Source of the DNA: Desulfurococcales archaeon
GTDB lineage: Archaea > Thermoproteota > Thermoprotei_A > Sulfolobales > Desulfurococcaceae
Length of the DNA: 64,000 bases
Assembly: GCA_027022365.1 (NCBI GenBank)
Contig: JALVYU010000026.1
Coordinates: forward strand, 448,001 to 512,000
Direction of reading: 5' to 3'
Positions 37,673-47,648 of this stretch are shown in pieces. Numbering within the stretch: position 1 is the first letter of the stretch; every line of letters starts with the position of its first letter. Position numbers and translations under genes: made by a program. The notes below the pieces were generated by a model. The model was given only the letters and a program-made list of their open reading frames with translations. It searched no databases and had not been told where the DNA came from.

Positions 37673-38323
37673 CTACTTGTACACGATCTTGGTGTTTATC
37701 TGAACTATATCTTCGGTGATCATATTTCCGCGTACCATTTTTCTACGGCGCTCACCTTTTTCGCGTGGGTGAAATCCTGGCGGGCCTGATAAGAGCACCC
37801 TCTTCTTAACTCCACCCATAACGTCAGGTCTCATAGGAAAACCGCTGTTGTCACTCCCACCAGTTATCTGGACTTTAACGTCCTTAAGCCCCACAAGCTC
37901 TCCATCGAATACGTCACCTATTCTTAAACCAACAATTCTCTTTGTACGTTCATCGTTGACGCGTATCTGCCATGCACGTGCCCTGAAAATCTCGCCTTCT
38001 ATCTCGTTGGTTCCAGTCTTGTTTATAAGAAGCTCAGCGTTAACGTGTGCTTCTGTCTCAGGAACATTATTGTCTATTATAAGTCTCCCTGTTATCTTGA
38101 CTTTATCTTTCGTGTCAGGTTTGATCATTCTTATAGTGGCTATCCCATGTACAGCCTTTATCTTCTCAGCCAATTTAGCGTTAACCTTAATTACTGGTAG
38201 CTCAAAACCCTCTTTCATTTTGTCATTGTACTCGATCTCGCCGTCACCGACGACTTTGACCTTCTCTATAATTTCTAGTTTGGGCGCCTCCGGATCGGAT
38301 ATAACTATCTTGAAGTCGGCCAT
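37673..38323 (-). CDS. rps6e: 30S ribosomal protein S6e (long form with internal insertion)
   Basis: FKIVISDP N-terminus; ITGGSD.SGFPMR, G.RRRK.VRG, QIN C-terminus. Confidence 0.95.
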   Translation of the reverse strand: MADFKIVISDPEAPKLEIIEKVKVVGDGEIEYNDKMKEGFELPVIKVNAKLAEKIKAVHGIATIRMIKPDTKDKVKITGRLIIDNNVPETEAHVNAELLINKTGTNEIEGEIFRARAWQIRVNDERTKRIVGLRIGDVFDGELVGLKDVKVQITGGSDNSGFPMRPDVMGGVKKRVLLSGPPGFHPREKGERRRKMVRGNMITEDIVQINTKIVYK

Positions 38324-38463
38324 TTCTTTTTTCACCACCAGTTGCCCGGTGGTTGTTTCAAACCTATCGGTATATAGGGGTATTTATATTGCTAGGTCTA
38401 ACCGGTACAGGCTTAATAATATACTTAGTATATAAAGGCGTTGGAACATAGGCGGATAAGGGG

Positions 38464-40290
38464 ATGGTCATGATGTCAAGTACCGGAAAAACCACCAAGC
38501 AATGGGTGAGACAGCCGATAGTTGTTGTTCTGGGGCATGTTGACCACGGTAAAACCACCTTACTCGACAAGATAAGAGGTACAACTGTCGCTAAGAAAGA
38601 GCCTGGTGAGATAACACAGCATGTTGGTGCAAGTATTGTTCCGGCGTCTGTACTGGAGAAGGTAGCGAAGCCTCTAAGGAAATACTTTCCAAAGCTCAAA
38701 ATAGAGATCCCGGGCCTGTTATTTATTGATACTCCTGGCCACGAACTCTTTACTAACCTGCGTAAGAGAGGGGGTAGTGTAGCTGATATAGCGATCCTAA
38801 TAGTAGATGTTTTGGAGGGTTTCCAGCCCCAAACATGGGAAAGTATAGAGATACTTAAGGAGAAAAGAGTACCATTTATTGTGGCAGCAAACAAGATTGA
38901 TCGTCTATCGGGATGGCGTCCTAACCCTGACACTCCTTTCCTAGAAACTATTAGGAAGCAGGATCCACGGGTAGTTAGTAGACTGGATGAACTGATTTAT
39001 AGGCTCGTGGGCCAATTATATGAAGCAGGATTTATGGCTGAAAGATTTGATCGCGTGAAAGACTTCAGAAGAACAGTTGCTATAGTGCCTATTTCTGCTA
39101 AGACAGGAGAAGGTGTTCCAGAGCTACTTGCACTTCTGGTAGGTCTAGTACAGCAGTTCATGAAGAAAAAACTCGTAACTAGCAGCGAGCCGGCCAAGGG
39201 CGTCGTCCTCGAAGTTAAAGAAGAGCCGGGACTCGGAACAACAATAGATGTCATTATCTACGACGGCGTCCTTAGGAAAGGAGACATAATAGTTGTTGGC
39301 GGTAAAGGTGAAGCCATAGTTACTAAGGTCAGAGCACTCCTAATGCCACGACCCTTGCAGGACATGCGTGCACATGAGGGCAAGTTCAGACAGGTAGAAG
39401 AAGTAGTCGCAGCTACCGGTGTCAAGATATCGGCCCCCAATCTTGAAGGGGTGCTTGCAGGATCACCAGTATTTGTAGTACCTAGCGAACAATTGATCGA
39501 AGAATACAAGAAGAAAGTATTGGAAGAGATAGAATCTATCAGGATTAAGACAGACAACATAGGTGTTGTTGTTAAAGCCGATACCCTAGGCACACTCGAA
39601 GCCGTTGTCGAAGCGCTCAAAAGAGAGAACATACCGGTCAGGCTCGCAGATGTAGGACCGGTATCAAAGAACGATGTTATCGAGGCCTCTGTCACGCTTA
39701 AACAGAACAAGCTATATGGTGTCGTCATAGCATTCAACGTCAAGATCCTTCCCGAAGCAGAGGAGTTGGCAAGACGTGAGGGTGTAAAAATATTTGAGCA
39801 CAATGTCATCTATAGATTGATCGAAGAGTACACACAATGGGTTAGAAAGATAAAAGAAGAAGAGAAACGTAAGGAACTCGAATCTCTTATACGCCCCGGC
39901 AAAATAAGGATACTCCCAGGCTATGTGTTTAGGAGAAGTAACCCGGCCATCGTCGGCATTGAGGTACTTGGCGGCGTGATAAAGCCGGGATACCCGGTAA
40001 TGAGAAGTGATGGTCATAGATTAGGAGTTATAATGCAGATCAGAGACCGTGACAATGTCTTGAGAGAAGCCAGAGCGGGTCAAGCCGTTGCAATAAGCAT
40101 TAGGGGCAAGATACTTATTGGTAGGCATGTTGACGAAGGAGATATATTGTATACCGATATACCCAAGGAACACGCACGGCTATGGCTAACCAAGTATAAA
40201 AGCGAATTGAGTGACGATGAGAAAATGGTGTTGAACGAAATAATAAAGATCAAGAAGAAACAAGATCCATTCTATGGTTTGGTGTTCTAG
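38464..40290 (+). CDS. infB: Translation initiation factor aIF5B (IF-2)
   Basis: [40 protein letters not shown]. Confidence 0.97.
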   Translation: MVMMSSTGKTTKQWVRQPIVVVLGHVDHGKTTLLDKIRGTTVAKKEPGEITQHVGASIVPASVLEKVAKPLRKYFPKLKIEIPGLLFIDTPGHELFTNLRKRGGSVADIAILIVDVLEGFQPQTWESIEILKEKRVPFIVAANKIDRLSGWRPNPDTPFLETIRKQDPRVVSRLDELIYRLVGQLYEAGFMAERFDRVKDFRRTVAIVPISAKTGEGVPELLALLVGLVQQFMKKKLVTSSEPAKGVVLEVKEEPGLGTTIDVIIYDGVLRKGDIIVVGGKGEAIVTKVRALLMPRPLQDMRAHEGKFRQVEEVVAATGVKISAPNLEGVLAGSPVFVVPSEQLIEEYKKKVLEEIESIRIKTDNIGVVVKADTLGTLEAVVEALKRENIPVRLADVGPVSKNDVIEASVTLKQNKLYGVVIAFNVKILPEAEELARREGVKIFEHNVIYRLIEEYTQWVRKIKEEEKRKELESLIRPGKIRILPGYVFRRSNPAIVGIEVLGGVIKPGYPVMRSDGHRLGVIMQIRDRDNVLREARAGQAVAISIRGKILIGRHVDEGDILYTDIPKEHARLWLTKYKSELSDDEKMVLNEIIKIKKKQDPFYGLVF

Positions 40291-40294
40291 CCGA

Positions 40295-40714
40295 TCACCA
40301 GTCAATTATTTCTTCCTCGCTAAATATAACCCTAATCTCTCTTTCAGCGCTTTCCGGGCTATCGCTAGCATGTACTACATTCTCTGACTTTGAGAGAGCG
40401 TAGTCGCCCCTAATAGTCCCAGGAGGCGCTTCCCTACCATCGGTAGGCCCTATCATCAATCTTACAACAGATATTGCCTTATCTCCTTCGAGAACCATTG
40501 CTATTATCGGTCCAGACGTCATGAATTCTATTAGGGACTCAAAGAACGGTTTCCCTTTATGAACGGAATAGAATTCCTCTGCTTTCTCTCGAGTAAGCCA
40601 CAACATTTTCAGAGCTTTGATCTTGAGTCCTTTCTTTTCAAACCTCGATATTATCTCACCTATAAGCCTGCGACGCACACCGTCGGGTTTTATAAGAACC
40701 AATGTTCGCTCCAT
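40295..40714 (-). CDS. ndk: Nucleoside diphosphate kinase
   Basis: ERT...IKPD, PGTIRGD, N.VHASDS. Confidence 0.98.
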   Translation of the reverse strand: MERTLVLIKPDGVRRRLIGEIISRFEKKGLKIKALKMLWLTREKAEEFYSVHKGKPFFESLIEFMTSGPIIAMVLEGDKAISVVRLMIGPTDGREAPPGTIRGDYALSKSENVVHASDSPESAEREIRVIFSEEEIIDW

Positions 40715-40839
40715 GTTTTTCACCAGTAATATGACGTATTATTTTGAGTTTTAGAATATTTTTCGGTAAATGAATAGAAGTTATTTGTCCAAATAGGGTA
40801 TTGTTAGGCATGATAAACAGGATATATTGAAACAGTAGC

Positions 40840-41028
40840 TTATCTCATCTGCTTACCGTACTTCAGCGTCCACTTTAGCTTTCTAGGATCTCTCCTCAAT
40901 ACCAAGTAGTTCTTGTAACATTTCCTGCTACAGAACCATAGGATGGAACCATCATTGAGAATATACATTAGTCCTGTACCAGGCTCTATTTCCTTGCCAC
41001 AGAAGCTGCATCGTGTTAGCCTTGGCAA
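40840..41028 (-). CDS. rpl24e: 50S ribosomal protein L24e
   Basis: CSFCG..IEPGTG.M....DG....FCS.KC, PRKLKWT. Confidence 0.97.
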   Translation of the reverse strand: MPRLTRCSFCGKEIEPGTGLMYILNDGSILWFCSRKCYKNYLVLRRDPRKLKWTLKYGKQMR

Positions 41029-41177
41029 TTCTTTTCACCTTTCCATACCATCTTATCAACTACGGAGTGGTTTAGGATTTTTTATCCTTTTAAGCTTTGC
41101 CACAAATCTTATAAAAATGGCTTCTCTGGTAAGTATGAGTGAGCTAGGATTAATGATATAAAATATTGGTGTTGACC

Positions 41178-41441
41178 ATGTCGGAAGAGAAAAACAAGAT
41201 CTATGTAGAGCAGCCAGAAATAAATGTAACAGAGGAGATAGGCTTCCCAGCAGAAGTTATACAGATTATTGGTAGAACAGGCGTTACTGGCGAGATCACC
41301 CAGGTCAGAGTTAGAGTACTTGAGGGAAGAGATAAGGGTAGAATAATCACTAGGAACGTTAAAGGCCCTGTAAGACTAGGCGATATCTTAATACTGCGTG
41401 AAACCGAGCGTGAAGCTAGAAAGCTCTCTGGTAGGCGATAG
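41178..41441 (+). CDS. rps28e: 30S ribosomal protein S28e
   Basis: [36 protein letters not shown]. Confidence 0.97.
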   Translation: MSEEKNKIYVEQPEINVTEEIGFPAEVIQIIGRTGVTGEITQVRVRVLEGRDKGRIITRNVKGPVRLGDILILRETEREARKLSGRR

Positions 41442-41588
41442 TGAATATTTTATTAGTATAATTTGTTGTCACTCATTATTAGTGAGAATGTTTGAACAAT
41501 ATTCTTCTTCGTTATCCGAGAATAGAAAACGGGATAATGAAGATTTCCAAAAAGCTTTATTGAGTATTAGATGGTTTCTTTAACTAGA

Positions 41589-41975
41589 TTACTTAGCGGC
41601 CTTAGCCTTGAGTTCCTGTACCTGTCTAATTATTTCTTCTACAAGATCCTTGGCTCCAGCAGGATCAATTATTGCTGCACTAGCTGCCGCAACCTCTATT
41701 CCAGCAGCTTCGCCTAGCCTCTTCTTGCTTGGCACGTAGACGTAGGGTATCTTCTTTTCCTCGCATAGAAGTGGTAGGTGTGCAACAATCTCCGGCGGAT
41801 CAACGTCTTCTGCTATTGCAACAAGTTTTGCCAGACCTCTTTCTACAGCCTTGGTTGTTTCGTTGGTGCCTTTCTTTATCTTGCCGCCTGTTTCTCGCGC
41901 CTTCTTGAAGGCTTCATATACCTTTTCAGCCAGTTCTTCGGGTACCTCGAATCTTACATAGAACGGTTTGGACAT
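41589..41975 (-). CDS. rpl7ae: 50S ribosomal protein L7Ae
   Basis: [26 protein letters not shown]...HLP.LC.EK. Confidence 0.98.
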   Translation of the reverse strand: MSKPFYVRFEVPEELAEKVYEAFKKARETGGKIKKGTNETTKAVERGLAKLVAIAEDVDPPEIVAHLPLLCEEKKIPYVYVPSKKRLGEAAGIEVAAASAAIIDPAGAKDLVEEIIRQVQELKAKAAK

Positions 41976-42052
41976 GCTTCATCCTCCTCCCGGTTAGGTC
42001 GTCTGGTCTAAAGCTACTGTTTATATCTGGGTATATTAATGTTTTGATAGTT

Positions 42053-43816
42053 TTATGTATGTGAGAATATTGCTACGATTTTATCTTCATTGATAGAGTC
42101 TATTCTAGCAAACCCAACCCTATATAGTTGTATGTGATTTCCTGGTTTTTCTCTCTCGATAATGTTTTTCTCCACGAGCATGTAGATTCTCCTTATCTTC
42201 ATAGCCTCGGGTATGACTAGCTCTAGATAAGTGCTCTCGGGTGGTAGTACCCATTGAATAATCGATGCTCGTAACTTCTTTGCATCCTCATGTGATAAGC
42301 TATGTAGATTCAGTATAGCGATAATTTGTTCTTCTGTGACTTCTATATTTTCTAAAACAAAATTACCGAGCCCCATCAATCTTACTATTCCCTTATTAAG
42401 GAACAACTTGAGATCATTAGCTGAAAATGCTACTGTGGAATCTGGTTTAATGATATATTCGTAATAATCATTTTTATTAAGAAGACGCGGAATTCTAGCT
42501 TTAATATTGGTGGAGAAACCCTTAAGTATGGCGTATACTGGTTTTTCGACACCCATGTATCTTGTGGCGATGGGATCAATTATTGACCTATTAATCGAGG
42601 CTAAATTCACATAGCTTATATGTGCATCTATTGCTTTCGTCCCTACATCCTTTATTATCTCCCATAATGCTTCCCTAACTATTCCTCTTCTTCGAAGCCC
42701 AGATATTGTACCGAACCGTGGATCATCGTATGCCTCCATTCCCTGCTCTTTGACTAGTGCTCGCATCTTTGATTTACTCAATATTACGCCTTCTAAGCTT
42801 AGTCTCCCGAAATGTATTGTTTCCGGGTATTTCCAGCCCATGTGATTATACAAATAACTTTGCTTGATCGTATTGCTAATATGCTCCTTAGCCCTGAGAA
42901 TATGTGTTATGCCCATAACGTGGTCGTCAACGGCTGCCGCAAGGTTATAAGTGGGCCATAGAATGTATTTCTCGCCGACAATCGGGTGAGGAGTCTTTGT
43001 TGTATCTATTATTCTTGCTGCAACCCAGTCTCTAACACTAGGATCGGGATGTGATAAATCAGTCTTAACCCTTATTACAGCTTCTCCTTCACCGTAATGG
43101 CCTTCAAGTATCTTGTCAAGCTCTTCTAGCTGGGTCTCGATAGGCAGGTCTCTGTGCGGGCAGGGTTTTCCGGAGTCTCTATATTTTTTGAATTCACTAG
43201 CCTTACATTTATCAACATAAGCTCCCCCTTTTTCGATGAGCTTATAGAGTATATCGTAGAATATGGGTAAGCGCATGCTCTGAATATATTCCTTGTCCCA
43301 TTTTATCCCAAGCCACCTGAGGTCCTCCTTTATACGCTCGTACGCTTCTGGGAATGATGCTTTTGTCCGTGGATCGGTGTCTTCGAAGCGAAGTATCATT
43401 TTACCCTTATACATTTCTGCGTACCAGTAGCTCAGAAGAGCTGGGCGTGCGTTACCTAAATGTATAACGTAGTCTGGGTTAGGTGCGAACCTCGTGATGA
43501 CTCTTCCTGGCAAGGCTCCTGGTAGTGGTGGTAGTTCCTTTTTCTCTTCTTTTCTTTCTTCGCTGAGAAGTTCCGGCCACTCTTTTTTGATTATCTTTAT
43601 CTGTTCCTCTAAGGTTAATTTAGAAACTTCATTAACGACTTCTCGGATTACCTCTATTATCTCTCTTATATGTTTCCTTATTTCTGGTATTTCCCCAACA
43701 ACTTTCGCGACTACAGCCTTGAGAGATGGTTTTCCCTCATGTTTAACTGCGTTGAGAAGCGCATATTTATACGCGGTTTCCCTGACTTTTTCTAATAATG
43801 ATTTGTCTAACGTCAT
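42053..43816 (-). CDS. gltX: Glutamate--tRNA ligase
   Basis: TRFAPNP, HLGN, LRFEDTDP, HILRAKEH, LSKS. Confidence 0.96.
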   Translation of the reverse strand: MTLDKSLLEKVRETAYKYALLNAVKHEGKPSLKAVVAKVVGEIPEIRKHIREIIEVIREVVNEVSKLTLEEQIKIIKKEWPELLSEERKEEKKELPPLPGALPGRVITRFAPNPDYVIHLGNARPALLSYWYAEMYKGKMILRFEDTDPRTKASFPEAYERIKEDLRWLGIKWDKEYIQSMRLPIFYDILYKLIEKGGAYVDKCKASEFKKYRDSGKPCPHRDLPIETQLEELDKILEGHYGEGEAVIRVKTDLSHPDPSVRDWVAARIIDTTKTPHPIVGEKYILWPTYNLAAAVDDHVMGITHILRAKEHISNTIKQSYLYNHMGWKYPETIHFGRLSLEGVILSKSKMRALVKEQGMEAYDDPRFGTISGLRRRGIVREALWEIIKDVGTKAIDAHISYVNLASINRSIIDPIATRYMGVEKPVYAILKGFSTNIKARIPRLLNKNDYYEYIIKPDSTVAFSANDLKLFLNKGIVRLMGLGNFVLENIEVTEEQIIAILNLHSLSHEDAKKLRASIIQWVLPPESTYLELVIPEAMKIRRIYMLVEKNIIEREKPGNHIQLYRVGFARIDSINEDKIVAIFSHT

Positions 43817-44276
43817 TTTCGCTCACTACCGCTAGTATGTATTTCTCCGGTTTTTCCCACACTATATTGATTACGAATATGACTACGCCCTCACAGGGTG
43901 ATTTAATTACTCTTACTTCATGCTTATTTGTGATAACCATTCCGATCTTGTCTTTGGCATAGATTTTTTCGCCTTCTCGAGGAGAGACGTATGGTTCGTA
44001 GCCGCTAATTTCAATGAGGCATAGTTTTGTCCCCTTTTTTATAAAAAGGCCTTTTAACAGTTCTTCATCACCGAATTCGGGTACAACTATCACGTCTTTT
44101 TCTAGGATTGGATTTGCTAGATCGAAATACTTGAGAATATCCTCATATATGATATGACCATAACACTCATTTGATACAGGCTCTTTAACTAGGACATACT
44201 CGTCCGATATATGACAAATATACTTGTTGGAACTCTCATCTCTTACAAAGATCTCCGGATACTTGTATTCTTCCAT
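43767..44276 (-). CDS. DUF2118 family protein (biotinyl/lipoyl-carrier-like fold)
   Basis: EG.......IG...T.K.EVR...SPCEG.V C-terminal pattern. Confidence 0.6.
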   Translation of the reverse strand: MEEYKYPEIFVRDESSNKYICHISDEYVLVKEPVSNECYGHIIYEDILKYFDLANPILEKDVIVVPEFGDEELLKGLFIKKGTKLCLIEISGYEPYVSPREGEKIYAKDKIGMVITNKHEVRVIKSPCEGVVIFVINIVWEKPEKYILAVVSENDVRQIIIRKSQGNRV

Positions 44277-45397
44277 TACTCTGTTCCTCCTCGTAATTCT
44301 TTGTATTCCCTCAAATCTATTCCTCTTTGTTCAAGATACGAGAGCATATCACTGCTTAAAATAAATGGTTTCTTCTTAAGTTCCGATATGCTTTTAGCTC
44401 CGATAAGGAATGACACTATCTTCATTTCTTTGATCATTGTTTCTAGAAATGCTTTACCGGCATTTAGGCCTCTAAGGTATATTTCTCGTATTAATGGACG
44501 GGCGACACCATTGAGATCAGCTCCCAAGACAATGTTCTTGATAGCGCGAAGACCATCGTATACTCCGCCACTAGCAATTATGAAGGAGTCGGGTGCTGCG
44601 GCCCTTGCCTCTATAATTGCAATTGGTGTTGGTACCCCCCATGACGATAAATGGTCTGCTATAGTTGTGGTAATTTTGTCCTTTTGCCTATATTTTTCTA
44701 CAAGTATCCAGTTTGTACCACAGGCTCCAGCTATATCGAAAAATCTTACTCCCATAGAATAGAATAACGATACATCTTCGTATGAAAGACCGTTTCCAAC
44801 TTCTTTAATAATGATAGGAACACCTATATGATCTAAGATCTCTTCGATTCTTTCAAGGATCTTAGCGTTAAATCTCGTATCTCCTTCCGGCTGTATAGCT
44901 TCTTGAGCAGGATTTAGATGTATAGCCAGTGCATCAGCGTCAATACTGCTAATTATGTAGGATATATCTTCATTTCTTAGATCTAGGAGCGTGTTTGCGC
45001 CAATATTACCTATAACTGGTACGTCTTTTGCTATCTCTCTGACAACTTTATATGAACGTATTATTTCATTTTCATCTCTATGTATGATTAAGGAACGCTC
45101 ACTACCAACACCTATCGCTATCCTAAATTCTTCGGCTAGAACAGCAAGTTTCTTATTATACTTCGTCGTTACGGGGTCTCCGCCCGTCATACCACTGATC
45201 ATCAATGGTGCCGAGAGCTCATAGTTTAGAAATCTAGTTGAAAGATCAACATCGGAAAGGTCGATACCCGGGAATGCTCGGTGTATGAGTCTAATTTCAT
45301 CATATATTTCGGAGCACTCATTAGGAAAACCGACGTCTTTTTCGACGACTATTCTGATATGCTCGATTTTTCTATTCCTAATGTTTGGATCCGACAA
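44276..45397 (-). CDS. fni: Type 2 isopentenyl-diphosphate delta-isomerase
   Basis: RK.EH, GMTGG, GVGS, HLN..QE..QPEGD, KEVG.G, ASGG. Confidence 0.95.
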   Translation of the reverse strand: MSDPNIRNRKIEHIRIVVEKDVGFPNECSEIYDEIRLIHRAFPGIDLSDVDLSTRFLNYELSAPLMISGMTGGDPVTTKYNKKLAVLAEEFRIAIGVGSERSLIIHRDENEIIRSYKVVREIAKDVPVIGNIGANTLLDLRNEDISYIISSIDADALAIHLNPAQEAIQPEGDTRFNAKILERIEEILDHIGVPIIIKEVGNGLSYEDVSLFYSMGVRFFDIAGACGTNWILVEKYRQKDKITTTIADHLSSWGVPTPIAIIEARAAAPDSFIIASGGVYDGLRAIKNIVLGADLNGVARPLIREIYLRGLNAGKAFLETMIKEMKIVSFLIGAKSISELKKKPFILSSDMLSYLEQRGIDLREYKELRGGTE

Positions 45398-45486
45398 AAT
45401 CGATGCACCTAGTTCTGCCTAACCTATTGGTTGGATACCATTATTTAAAATAGTGGATATAGAACAACTCTTAATTATCTCAAGCC

Positions 45487-46353
45487 CTAGTAAAGAAATC
45501 GTATTGCTGCGTATCCTACTACTGCATTTTTATGTCCTGAAACATCACCGCTAGTAGCATGTTTCAAGAGTTCGACGTGATGACTTTCTGATACTAATTT
45601 GGCATATTCCATTAGCGTCATTATTGCGCCTGGGCCACAAACAGATATGTTTCTATCTATTATTACACGGTAGAAACCCTCTGTATCTAGTTTAACGATC
45701 TTCTCGATCGCCAACATGTCTTTCTCCACAGTTATTTCATGGGGTTCGTAGTGGTTGAAATCACTGCTTGCAATGATAACTATATCACGCTCAAGCGTTT
45801 TTACTGATTCATAAATTGATTTTGCCAGGTCTTTAGCGGCGTCAGGACTATGAAGGCCCATGACTATTGGAACTATGTTTATGTTCTCCCCATATAGGTA
45901 TTGGAGAAACGGTATTTGTACCTCTATGGAATGCTCCTCTATATGGGCGTAGGTATCTGCCTCCGCGATACTACTGTTTTCGATAATGCTTCTGGATAAT
46001 TCTTCATCGATACTTACATAGCCTAGGGGTGTATACCATCTTCCTCTTGGATAAACCGAGACTAGCGAGCCTAAGCCTGTGTGGTTCGTGCCTATTATTA
46101 TGAATGTATCTGGGTTTCCTTCTTCAGCTATTTTGTAATAGACGTGAGCGGCTATGGGGCCACTATATATGTAGCCTGCATGTGGAGCAACGTATCCTAT
46201 GCTGTTACGTATCCTTTTGTTGGATACTATTGGTAGTTTTCCCGGGCCGAGAGGATGTAAGAAACTCTTTTCTATCAGTGATATAAGTTCTTTAGGATCC
46301 TCAGGGTAAAAATACCCTGCCACTACGGGGTGTCTTACCCCTTTAAATTCCAA
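45487..46353 (-). CDS. MEMO1 family protein (AmmeMemoRadiSam protein B)
   Basis: AG.FYP, PHAGY.YSG, EHSIEVQ.PFLQ, SSDF.HY, CG.G, VGY. Confidence 0.92.
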   Translation of the reverse strand: MEFKGVRHPVVAGYFYPEDPKELISLIEKSFLHPLGPGKLPIVSNKRIRNSIGYVAPHAGYIYSGPIAAHVYYKIAEEGNPDTFIIIGTNHTGLGSLVSVYPRGRWYTPLGYVSIDEELSRSIIENSSIAEADTYAHIEEHSIEVQIPFLQYLYGENINIVPIVMGLHSPDAAKDLAKSIYESVKTLERDIVIIASSDFNHYEPHEITVEKDMLAIEKIVKLDTEGFYRVIIDRNISVCGPGAIMTLMEYAKLVSESHHVELLKHATSGDVSGHKNAVVGYAAIRFLY

Positions 46354-46357
46354 AAAA

Positions 46358-47014
46358 TCACCTCCTCAGCTTAACCTCGAACTCGCTCGGAGGCTCGGGC
46401 AGGTCTCCATCGGGTGGAATAACTCCCTTTAGTCTAAGTATTTCTCTTGCAAGCAACCAGTATATGAGTGCTAGGCTCTTCCTGCCCTTGTTGTTTGCTG
46501 GTATTATGAGGTCGATGTACTCTGTCCTGTTATCTGTGTCGGCAAGCGCAACTACGGGGACACCTATCTCTGCAGCTTCTTTAAGTGCTTGTGAGTCGGC
46601 TCTGGGATCTGTTATTAATACTATGTCGGGCTCAAAATACCATTTGAGGCTTGGGTTAGTGAAAGTTCCTGGCATGAAGCGCCCTGTGAATGCTTTGCAT
46701 CCCACATAGCTGCAGAATTTCTTCGCTGGTTTTTGGCCGTACTGCCTAACGGATACTACTGCTATTTTGCCTGGCTCAAAGTGGCTCAAGAACTTGGCTG
46801 CTACTCGTATTCTTTCATCTATTTTCCTTATATCAAGAATGTATAGTCCATCGTTTCTAACTCTATAAACAAACGGTTCCATGAACTTTGTACATATGTG
46901 TGTTCCTATATGTATTCCCGATGCTAGATACCTGTCTAGAGGAACAAGTAGCTCGACTCCTCTCTTCTCCTCCTTCGTGTGTGTCTTAGTTTCGGGTGTT
47001 TCATTCTTACTCAT
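46358..47014 (-). CDS. rps2: 30S ribosomal protein S2
   Basis: G.HIGT, GRF.PGT.TNP, D.QA..EA, IP.NNKG. Confidence 0.97.
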   Translation of the reverse strand: MSKNETPETKTHTKEEKRGVELLVPLDRYLASGIHIGTHICTKFMEPFVYRVRNDGLYILDIRKIDERIRVAAKFLSHFEPGKIAVVSVRQYGQKPAKKFCSYVGCKAFTGRFMPGTFTNPSLKWYFEPDIVLITDPRADSQALKEAAEIGVPVVALADTDNRTEYIDLIIPANNKGRKSLALIYWLLAREILRLKGVIPPDGDLPEPPSEFEVKLRR

Positions 47015-47028
47015 GTTGTATCACCGTC

Positions 47029-47229
47029 TTATGAGACTTTAGAGAAGTTGAGTAATTCATATGCTATTTCTACATGAGATAGAAACATTCTTCTACAACA
47101 GTATCTTTTTACACCAAGATCATCTAGTACTTTACCGGGATCCTCGCCTGCTTCAACCCTCCTCTTGAATTCCTCCCAGAGATGACCTATGGGTGCTCCA
47201 CAAGTAAAGCATCGTACTGGGAAAAGCAT
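47029..47229 (-). CDS. rpoN: RNA polymerase subunit N (Rpo10)
   Basis: [20 protein letters not shown]. Confidence 0.97.
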   Translation of the reverse strand: MLFPVRCFTCGAPIGHLWEEFKRRVEAGEDPGKVLDDLGVKRYCCRRMFLSHVEIAYELLNFSKVS

Positions 47230-47234
47230 TTGTT

Positions 47235-47648
47235 TCACCTATAGCTCTTCTGCCATCTTCTACGAGCACTATATCTGCCCCATTTCTCAGGCTCAGTCCT
47301 TCTCGGGTCACCGCTCAGCATATATCTGTCATACTCTGTAAATACTCTTCTTAACTCTTCGTTGTTTCCTGCATAAGCTAAGAGACCCTTTGCGAGAGCC
47401 ATTCTCACAGCATCTGCTTGGCTCATGTATCCTCCTCCTTTGACGTTGACATATATGTCGACTTTCTTCCATAGATCGCCTACTAGTACTAGTGGTTCAT
47501 ACATCTTTAACTTGGCAAGCTCTATCGGCCATATTTCTAGGGGAACACCGTTTATCCACACCCGTCCTTCGCCGGGCTTAATAATGGCCCTAGCTATGCT
47601 TGTTTTTCTCTTACCTGTTGCGATCACTATTTTTCCCTTTTCAGCCAT
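47235..47648 (-). CDS. rps9: 30S ribosomal protein S9
   Basis: GKRKT..A, V.GGG...QA.A, QKSYR. Confidence 0.97.
   Translation of the reverse strand: MAEKGKIVIATGKRKTSIARAIIKPGEGRVWINGVPLEIWPIELAKLKMYEPLVLVGDLWKKVDIYVNVKGGGYMSQADAVRMALAKGLLAYAGNNEELRRVFTEYDRYMLSGDPRRTEPEKWGRYSARRRWQKSYR

Noticed and set aside
41398-41583. 61-aa ORF in the S28e-L7Ae spacer
   Set aside because: Overlaps S28e out of frame, no SD, no motif.
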